21,088 nt of DNA from a virus, in the IMG/VR virus record IMGVR_UViG_3300035696_002027, one strand, 5' to 3'. The notes below the pieces were generated by a model. It saw only the letters and a list, made by a program, of their open reading frames with translations. It had not been told where the DNA came from and ran no database searches. The stretch's first letter is position 1. Every line of letters starts with the position of its first letter. This document shows, in pieces, positions 8,281-14,611 of the stretch. Both the position numbers and the translations under genes were made by a program.

Positions 8281-8735
8281 TGCGATCCATCCTCTTCTTT
8301 TCGGTCATCTGCGGTGTTGCCTGCATGGGAATGGCGGGGTGCCCTCCGACTCCACCCAACCCTCCAGTCACCGATTCAGGCGTCGCGGACACCTCGCCTC
8401 CTCCGCCTCCGGTCCCAACAGCGGATTCGGCTCCTACACCTCCTCCGCCGACTCCCGTCGTCGACGCATCGCCGCCTCCGCCGGCGCCTGTGGTTGACGC
8501 GGGCCCTGCTCCTTCCACGGATCCGTGTGTGAACGCATGCGCCCAGATGAACTCTGTGGGCTGCGCTCAGCAGGCGGACTGCGGCAAGGTCCTCGGACTC
8601 GTCAACGCCAACCGGACAAATCGTAACCCCAAGACCGGAAATGCACTGACCTGCACCGATCTTCTGGGCGTGAAGTCCTCGGCCGACGTGACCGCGAACG
8701 GCTGGACCTGCGGCGGCGCAAGCAAGAAGCACTGA
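8280..8735 (+). CDS. Proline-rich lipoprotein with a C-terminal 6-Cys domain.
   Basis: ATG 8280-8282 overlaps the upstream TGA 8278-8280. MRSILFFSVICGVACMGMAGC is a signal peptide with lipobox. A roughly 80-aa Pro/Thr/Ala-rich linker (PPTPPNPPV...PPPPAPVV) follows, then a Cys-rich globular tail. Confidence 0.65.
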   Translation: MRSILFFSVICGVACMGMAGCPPTPPNPPVTDSGVADTSPPPPPVPTADSAPTPPPPTPVVDASPPPPAPVVDAGPAPSTDPCVNACAQMNSVGCAQQADCGKVLGLVNANRTNRNPKTGNALTCTDLLGVKSSADVTANGWTCGGASKKH

Positions 8736-8764
8736 AGTCCACGTCTTGAGCGTAAGATCGGGTG

Positions 8765-10849
8765 ATGGTCTCGCCCGCTCTTCTTGAGACGATTCGACAG
8801 ATCCGCACGAAACAGGATCTGAAGCTCCGGCCCTCGCCGTACTTGCGCGACAAATACGTCGACGAGTACGGCGACGAGCGTCCTGTCGCTTTGCGCAACT
8901 ACCAGGCGCAAGGCGTCATGAACATGCTTCAGATGGAGCGGATGCTCCTCGGGGATGACACTGGTCTAGGCAAGACCCTCGAGGTCCTGTCGACCATCGG
9001 CTACGTGTGGATGAAGGAACCTGAGTATGTTCCTATCATCATCACGACCAAGTCCGCGCTCTTCCAGTGGGAAGGCGAGACCAAGCGCTTCATGCAGGGG
9101 ATGGAAGCGGTCACCGTCCACGGTTTGCCCTTCGAGAGGCACGCCATTTACGAGGAGTTCTTCCTCCGTCACGACCCGGAAAAGAAGCGGCTGCTGATCT
9201 TGTCATATGACATGATCATGTACGACATGCATGAGGCCGTGATCAAGGAGAAGAAGAAATCTCCACGTCCAGGCTTCAACAAGGAACTCGAGGCAGCACG
9301 GGAAGCCAGTAAAGCTGCGGTTATCCTCTTCGATGCCGAGAAAGAGGTGTTCGAGAAGCACTTCCGTGACAAGCCCTGGACGATGCATCAGTACATCGCC
9401 GACTATGCCACCAAGGAAGTGAAGCCGGACCCTCCGCCTGGATTCGAGCCCGAAGATAATAAGAGGCTCTTGGCTTACTGCGAGACTCGTCAAGCGGCCA
9501 TCGACGCGGAACAGAAACTCAAGGACCTACGCCTCGAGGCCGCTCCCCCAAAGCATGTCCCGGGCATCATCGACTACGTGCAGCGGATGAAAGAAGCTCA
9601 TCCGCATATCAAGTTCGTCCTGGTTATGGACGAAATGCACAAGCTCAAGAACCACAAGAGCCAGTTCCACGAGAAGACGGCGCTCCTGTCGAAGTACGCG
9701 CAGCGTCTCTATGGTCTGACGGCCACGCCGGTCAAGAACCGACTCATGGAATTCTGGAGTCTTTTCAAGATCATTCAGCCGTCTCTGTTCCCGAAGATCT
9801 CGCACTTCCAGAACGAATACTGTGTCACCCGGCTCCAGGCTATCGGTGGCGGCAGGCAGGTGCTTCTCGTCGTCGGATACAAAGACCTCGAGAAGTTCGT
9901 CGCGATGATCGAGCCTTATTACCTGTCGCGCAAGAAGCATGACGTGGCCAAAGAGCTCCCGGAACTCATCTCGCTCGAAATCGAGTGCGAGATGACGGAG
10001 CTCCAGGAGGAGCTTTACGACCTGGCCGAGACGGGTCTTCTGGCCAAGAACGACGACCCGGATACCCAGGAATCGGACCTCTTGAGCGCCATGGTCATGT
10101 GCCAGCAGGCGACCGATTCTCCGGAGCTGCTCGAGGATGAGGTCGGCAATAAATACGTCGGCCCGTCGTCCAAGATAGACGCTCTCATCGAACTGCTGCA
10201 GAACGAGGCGGCGGACGAGAAGATAATTGTCTTCTCCAAATACGAGAAGATGATCACTCTCGTCGAGGCGGCTCTCAAGAAAGAGAAGATCGCCTGCACG
10301 CGCATCACGGGCAAAGAGAACAGCGCTCAGGTCCGAGACAAGAATCGGGCGAAGTTCCAGGACATGAACTCGGGCGTCAACGTAATTCTCATCACGACAG
10401 CCGGCTCCGAAAGCCTCAATCTGCACTCGGCCGAGAACTTCGCGCTTCTCGACATGCCCTGGAGTTGGGGCGACTACCTGCAGCTCATCGGACGCGCTCT
10501 TCGAATCGGGTCGCTGCACAAGACGGTGGTCGCGCACCACTTTTTGGGTACGAAGCGGGACGGCGGCAAGACCATCGATCACCAGGTCCTCAAAGCGCTG
10601 CGAACGAAGAAGAAGCTTGCGGACAAGGTCGCCGGAGAGAACCTCAAGGGCGGATTGAAGTTTGTCGAGTCCGACTCCATGAAGGATGTTCTGGACGGAA
10701 TGCTCGCTTATCAGAACAAGCTCAAGCCCGGGACCAAGAAGACGCTCAAGAAGAGCAAGGCAAAAGTTGCAGCCGCGGCCGCCGCACCAGTTGCAACAGT
10801 CGAAGAGGTCCCGCTGGCCATCACGTACTTGGACCTGTCGGACGTGTAA
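8765..10849 (+). CDS. SNF2/RAD54-family DNA-dependent ATPase/helicase.
   Basis: Motif I LGDDTGLGKT, motif II DEMHKLKN (DExH), motif III LTATPVKNRLMEFWSL, and C-terminal helicase motifs (ILITTAGSESLNL, QLIGRALRIGS). ATG at 8765, with a GTG at 8762 just upstream. Confidence 0.9.
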   Translation: MVSPALLETIRQIRTKQDLKLRPSPYLRDKYVDEYGDERPVALRNYQAQGVMNMLQMERMLLGDDTGLGKTLEVLSTIGYVWMKEPEYVPIIITTKSALFQWEGETKRFMQGMEAVTVHGLPFERHAIYEEFFLRHDPEKKRLLILSYDMIMYDMHEAVIKEKKKSPRPGFNKELEAAREASKAAVILFDAEKEVFEKHFRDKPWTMHQYIADYATKEVKPDPPPGFEPEDNKRLLAYCETRQAAIDAEQKLKDLRLEAAPPKHVPGIIDYVQRMKEAHPHIKFVLVMDEMHKLKNHKSQFHEKTALLSKYAQRLYGLTATPVKNRLMEFWSLFKIIQPSLFPKISHFQNEYCVTRLQAIGGGRQVLLVVGYKDLEKFVAMIEPYYLSRKKHDVAKELPELISLEIECEMTELQEELYDLAETGLLAKNDDPDTQESDLLSAMVMCQQATDSPELLEDEVGNKYVGPSSKIDALIELLQNEAADEKIIVFSKYEKMITLVEAALKKEKIACTRITGKENSAQVRDKNRAKFQDMNSGVNVILITTAGSESLNLHSAENFALLDMPWSWGDYLQLIGRALRIGSLHKTVVAHHFLGTKRDGGKTIDHQVLKALRTKKKLADKVAGENLKGGLKFVESDSMKDVLDGMLAYQNKLKPGTKKTLKKSKAKVAAAAAAPVATVEEVPLAITYLDLSDV

Positions 10850-10860
10850 AATAGACCCGC

Positions 10861-11295
10861 ATGACGCCCCACGAACTGTGCGAAGTAGCGAAGCGGGGAG
10901 GACTCGTTCTCTGGATGGGCGGTTCCATTGAGAGAATGATGGTCAAGGAGCATCAGATCCTCTCGTATGACGCCAACAAGGACGACGACCCGCCCGGCAC
11001 TTTGAATAGGCAGCCGTATTCGCTCATGGATACGTACTTCTGCGTAGAAGTCGATGAGTCCATATTCAAGATCCGAACAGAGACGCAGACCGTTCTGCGG
11101 GAGTGGCACAAGGATCACCACCAGGCGGATCTTATCGAGAAGACGGCTGTTTTTGCTCCGGCGTTCGGTAGGGCGTACTGCATGGAGCACGATCGCGCCA
11201 AGACCATGGGCAAGGATCCCACAGAGCCTCAATTCAAGAGCCACGTGGCCATCCGGTGCTGGGAAGTTCTGATTTCGGGGTACCGAACGGGCTGA
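10861..11295 (+). CDS. Hypothetical protein (144 aa).
   Basis: ORF between the SNF2 gene and the Zn-ribbon gene, tightly spaced (1-nt gap to the next ATG). No recognisable motif and no clear SD. Confidence 0.4.
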   Translation: MTPHELCEVAKRGGLVLWMGGSIERMMVKEHQILSYDANKDDDPPGTLNRQPYSLMDTYFCVEVDESIFKIRTETQTVLREWHKDHHQADLIEKTAVFAPAFGRAYCMEHDRAKTMGKDPTEPQFKSHVAIRCWEVLISGYRTG

Positions 11296-11296
11296 A

Positions 11297-12112
11297 ATGG
11301 CTGCATGCACGATTTGTGGCAACGCCGGCGTTGTAGAACGTGACGGCAAACTCCTCGAGTGCGAATGCTCGGAGCTGCGTCGTATTGCCGCAAGCATGCC
11401 GTCCTATATCAGGACGGCCAAAGTCCAAGAAGCTCACCTAAAGACTTTGGTGGATGGCAAGACCCGACTGATAGAGTCGGTGGACCGGTCGCTCTACATC
11501 ACGGCCTATTGGAACGACATGCGAGCGTTCATCAAAGTCGTGATGCTCAAGCATCGCAATAAGTTCCTGCGCATCATCTCGGACCGGGAGCTGCGGGATG
11601 TTTTTGTCGGCTCCGCCTCAAGGAGCGCCCGCGGGGAAGACAGCAAAGAGGCTGTCTACAATAGCATCGAAGACTTGGTCAAATCCCCGGCTCTTCTCAT
11701 CATCCGGCTCAATGAGCTGAAGTACAAGAACAAGGCGGCTTCCAGCGTTCTAGAAGAAGCCATGTGCTACAGGCTGGATAGGAACCAGCCTATCTGGCTG
11801 CTCAACAATCCGCTCGACCGGTTCGTCCGTGGTAGTGTCGCTTGGTCCGAGACTGTGGAGTCCCTTTGCTCCTCAATACTTCATGTCCGCGTGGACCAGA
11901 TCAACCAAGTCGACGGATTCATGGAACCACGTCCTGTGAACTCCGTGGCTGACAGTCCTCTCGCCCCTGAACAAGCAGCGCCGTCGAGGTCGACCTCGCC
12001 AAAGTCGACTTCAAAGAAAACAGTTCGTTCAGCGCCTGATGAGGAAGAGGAAGAGCTTCCCAGCGGGCTGGGTGCTTTCGGTCGGGGTATCAAGCCGGGG
12101 AGGAGACTCTAG
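11297..12112 (+). CDS. Zn-ribbon-containing protein of unknown function; positional candidate for a helicase loader or replication accessory protein.
   Basis: N-terminal CTICGN-x14-CEC (C-x2-C...C-x-C) with a helical remainder and no Walker A. It sits directly upstream of the DnaB-like helicase with a 2-nt gap. Confidence 0.5.
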   Translation: MAACTICGNAGVVERDGKLLECECSELRRIAASMPSYIRTAKVQEAHLKTLVDGKTRLIESVDRSLYITAYWNDMRAFIKVVMLKHRNKFLRIISDRELRDVFVGSASRSARGEDSKEAVYNSIEDLVKSPALLIIRLNELKYKNKAASSVLEEAMCYRLDRNQPIWLLNNPLDRFVRGSVAWSETVESLCSSILHVRVDQINQVDGFMEPRPVNSVADSPLAPEQAAPSRSTSPKSTSKKTVRSAPDEEEEELPSGLGAFGRGIKPGRRL

Positions 12113-12114
12113 TC

Positions 12115-13623
12115 TTGGAGCGCATACTTCGCAGCGTATTGCAGGTAGGTGGTCATCCGGAAGTGGATGAAGCCCTCCAAAACTGGATGAGGCTCCAGGA
12201 GTACGAGCTTGATTATCCGCACGACGAAGATCGGAAGATCTACAATTACCTCAAGACGTTCTACAACCAAATGTCGGCGCCGCCCGACATTACTCTCGTC
12301 CGCGAGTTTTTCGAGAAGCAGGATGATGTAGAGACCGTCAACCGCGTCAACGAGATTTCGAAGACGCAGCACCAGATTCGTACGAACTTCATCGCGATTG
12401 TCCGTTCGCAGCAGGAGCAGCAGCAGGTCAAGGCGTTCGTTTTGGCTGCGCGCGACGCTTCGGCTATTGCGGAGCACGGGCGTAATCTCGAGAAGCCCGT
12501 CAACGGAAAGAAGCTGCTCAAGGGAGTAGTCGACGCCACCAACTTCTTCTACGAGAAAATGTCGGGTTTCGCCCGGGTCGAGACCGGCGAGAAGCTCGAG
12601 GGCATCGTCACTGACGACGCTGATGAGTTCCTGGAAGAGTACGAACAGGGCGAGCTAACAAGCAAGTTCGCGGGTCGCAACGTCATCGGCCTCGAGCCGG
12701 TCGACGTGGTCTGCAAGGGCCACAGGTCCGGCGAATTTTGGGTGCATTGCGCTGCTCCCGGAGAGCTGAAGACGACGCTCGCCCTGAACTACGCCTACAA
12801 CAATTCATACCTGTTCGGTCGCAACATCTTCTACGGAATCTTCGAGATGCCGTACAAGCAGCTTCGCCGGCAGCTTTTCGTTGTGCACTCCTCGCACGGC
12901 AAGTTCGTCACCGATTGGTATCGAGAAGACCGCAAGCGCGGGCTCCCTCCCGAGCAGTGCTACGTCGGGCTCGACTACCAGAAGGTGCGCGACTACGAAC
13001 TGGACGAGATCGGCAAGAAGCGTCTGCGCATCGTCGCGCAAGACTTCAAGGCCACCTGCCCTGGCAAGCTCTACATCTGGCGGCCCCAAGGGCAGGGCAC
13101 TCTCGTCGAAGACGTGCACCGCCGGGCCGAGATGTTCCACAACAAGTACGGATGCGACGGCATCGTGCTCGACCACATGGGATGGCTCAAGCCTAAGTTC
13201 AAATCGGTCAACACGATAGATCGCGTCAACGACGTGGTGTCCGAGTGTCGAATGATGGCGCTCTCCTTTGCTCGAGGGCGCACCGTCCCGGTCTTCGGCC
13301 TCTACCAAATCAACCGGCAGGGAAAGCTTCGGGCAGACAAAGAAGACGGCCGCTACGACTTCTCAGCAATTGCATACGCCAACCGCATCGAGCAGGATGC
13401 GGACGTTATCACCTACACCTACTTGAATCCGGCCCTCCGGAAAGACGGCAAGTTCTATCTGGGCTGTATGAAGAACCGTGACAATCCGGTCTTCGACAGG
13501 ATGGTGGGGAAGATAATTTGGCAGTCCAAGCGCATGCGGCATATTGATTCTGGTCTTCTGGATGTAAACAACGACCAAGCCATCATCCGCACGAGCCTCA
13601 CGATGGAAGATATGGTCGCTTAG
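12115..13623 (+). CDS. DnaB-family replicative helicase with a non-canonical Walker A.
   Basis: Blocks alignable to DnaB: AAPGELKTTLALN against ARPSMGKTAFALN, IVLDHMGWL against IDYLQLM, YQINRQG against SQLNR, and NRIEQDADVITYTY against SIEQDADLIMFIY. A TTG start at 12115 sits 9 nt after GGGGAGGAG; an alternative ATG is at 12184. The Walker A second Gly is replaced by Leu (G-E-L-K-T-T). Confidence 0.8.
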   Translation: MERILRSVLQVGGHPEVDEALQNWMRLQEYELDYPHDEDRKIYNYLKTFYNQMSAPPDITLVREFFEKQDDVETVNRVNEISKTQHQIRTNFIAIVRSQQEQQQVKAFVLAARDASAIAEHGRNLEKPVNGKKLLKGVVDATNFFYEKMSGFARVETGEKLEGIVTDDADEFLEEYEQGELTSKFAGRNVIGLEPVDVVCKGHRSGEFWVHCAAPGELKTTLALNYAYNNSYLFGRNIFYGIFEMPYKQLRRQLFVVHSSHGKFVTDWYREDRKRGLPPEQCYVGLDYQKVRDYELDEIGKKRLRIVAQDFKATCPGKLYIWRPQGQGTLVEDVHRRAEMFHNKYGCDGIVLDHMGWLKPKFKSVNTIDRVNDVVSECRMMALSFARGRTVPVFGLYQINRQGKLRADKEDGRYDFSAIAYANRIEQDADVITYTYLNPALRKDGKFYLGCMKNRDNPVFDRMVGKIIWQSKRMRHIDSGLLDVNNDQAIIRTSLTMEDMVA

Positions 13624-14135
13624 GCGGCTCTCTTCACGATCATCGAGCACATCTCCACAAATTCATCGTGGGTCATGTCAGTTTTCATCTGATTCACAGT
13701 TCTGGTGACCCATTGAATGTTGTCGATCGCATTTAGCCCTCCACGTGATCTCGGCACTATGTGATCGAGTGTTGCGTTATCGCCTGGGATTAGCTCGATT
13801 CCCGTGTAGACGCATTTTCGCTCTTGTTTTTCAAACGACTCCAAGAGCGCTGGTCCTAGGGACTGGTCTCCCATATTGTTTTGAGCACAGATGCGGAACC
13901 AACATTCTATTCCATATTTTCCGCACGTTGCTGGTTCACGACCACACTGATAGCAGACTCTGTTCTTAAGTCGGTGTTTCCTAACACCTTGGATATACTT
14001 GGTTTGTTTCTTCCCGCATTTACTGCATTTATCAGTTTTACGGTCATTTTTCTTGCCGCAAGCCGTGCATAACCCTTTCTTCTTTCGTTCAGCTCTGCGC
14101 TTCTTCATATAATTTCGACCATATTCTTTACCCAT
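13620..14135 (-). CDS. Free-standing HNH-family endonuclease (homing-endonuclease-like) with N-terminal Cys4 zinc ribbons.
   Basis: LDHIVPRSRGGLNAIDNIQWVTRTVNQMK is an H-N-N variant HNH core. CTACGK...CSKCGK and CYQCG...CGKYGIEC are zinc ribbons. GC is markedly lower (about 45%) than the flanks. It is the only minus-strand gene in this block, and its stop overlaps the DnaB stop by 4 nt. Confidence 0.85.
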   Translation of the reverse strand: MGKEYGRNYMKKRRAERKKKGLCTACGKKNDRKTDKCSKCGKKQTKYIQGVRKHRLKNRVCYQCGREPATCGKYGIECWFRICAQNNMGDQSLGPALLESFEKQERKCVYTGIELIPGDNATLDHIVPRSRGGLNAIDNIQWVTRTVNQMKTDMTHDEFVEMCSMIVKRAA

Positions 14136-14196
14136 ATTACTCTATCCGATAGAAGTCGTAAGAGTAATAAGATAGTTGCCGGATTCCGGATCCGGA
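14135..14196. promoter_or_regulatory. Structured leader and operator-like region. It contains a 9-bp inverted repeat (TATTACTCT/AGAGTAATA, 14135-14143 and 14161-14169) that includes the HNH start codon, and a perfect 12-bp palindrome TCCGGATCCGGA (14185-14196).
   Basis: Read directly in the AT-rich divergent gap between the HNH gene (-) and ORF 14234/MVP (+). Confidence 0.3.
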
Positions 14197-14233
14197 CCTA
14201 AAACCCGGAGCACCTGGCTGGTAGAGTGGCTCA

Positions 14234-14557
14234 TTGGCCACAATCAGTCATTGGGGTGCAGAGGTTGAAGCGGACCCGGAGTGGCTCCTCGACGAGCCGG
14301 CTTTTGGTTTACTCCAGAAGCCTATGGCCGACGCCTTTGCGGAGGTCGAGAAATACGACGTGCAGGTTCAAGGCGCGGTCCTTGTGCGGGGCCCCGATTC
14401 AGTATTGGAGCTGACCGTTTACAGTAAAGACTCGTCTAGACAGCACGTCGCTAAAATCCCATATTGTCTAGAGTGCCAAATGCCTTGGCCTGCAGGAAAC
14501 CCGCATCCGGACAACGATTGTCCGATGAAGGTAGTTGATCACGTCATGTCCACATAG
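14234..14557 (+). CDS. Small hypothetical protein (107 aa from TTG; internal ATG at MADAF) with a C-terminal CxxC...C motif.
   Basis: ORF upstream of the MVP gene in the same orientation. The start is uncertain (TTG, weak SD). C-terminal YCLECQ...DCP. Confidence 0.3.
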   Translation: MATISHWGAEVEADPEWLLDEPAFGLLQKPMADAFAEVEKYDVQVQGAVLVRGPDSVLELTVYSKDSSRQHVAKIPYCLECQMPWPAGNPHPDNDCPMKVVDHVMST

Positions 14558-14611
14558 GTGGCGGGCGTCCGGTGTAAAAGGTAGCATATCTCACGCCCTA
14601 AGGAGGCGCCC

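Noticed and set aside
7375-8497. Overlapping ORFs 7375..8259 (-) and 7499..8497 (+) across the peptidase gene
   Set aside because: Arg/Ser/Pro/Ala-rich translations with no motifs. The 7408 frame carries the complete papain catalytic signature.
9527-10582. 351-aa minus-strand ORF antisense to the SNF2 helicase gene
   Set aside because: Antisense GC-frame artefact. The sense frame has all SNF2 helicase motifs.
14200-14290. Possible tRNA-like sequence (TGGTAGAGTGG ... GGTTGAAGCGG) in the HNH/MVP intergenic region
   Set aside because: No canonical T-loop (GTTCRANYC), no pairing acceptor stem, and the segment overlaps the ORF 14234 start. Judged to be chance similarity.
14558-14611. Short inverted repeat GGGCGT...ACGCCC just upstream of the MVP SD
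   Set aside because: Only a 6-bp stem with a 24-nt loop. Too weak to call a regulatory structure or terminator.
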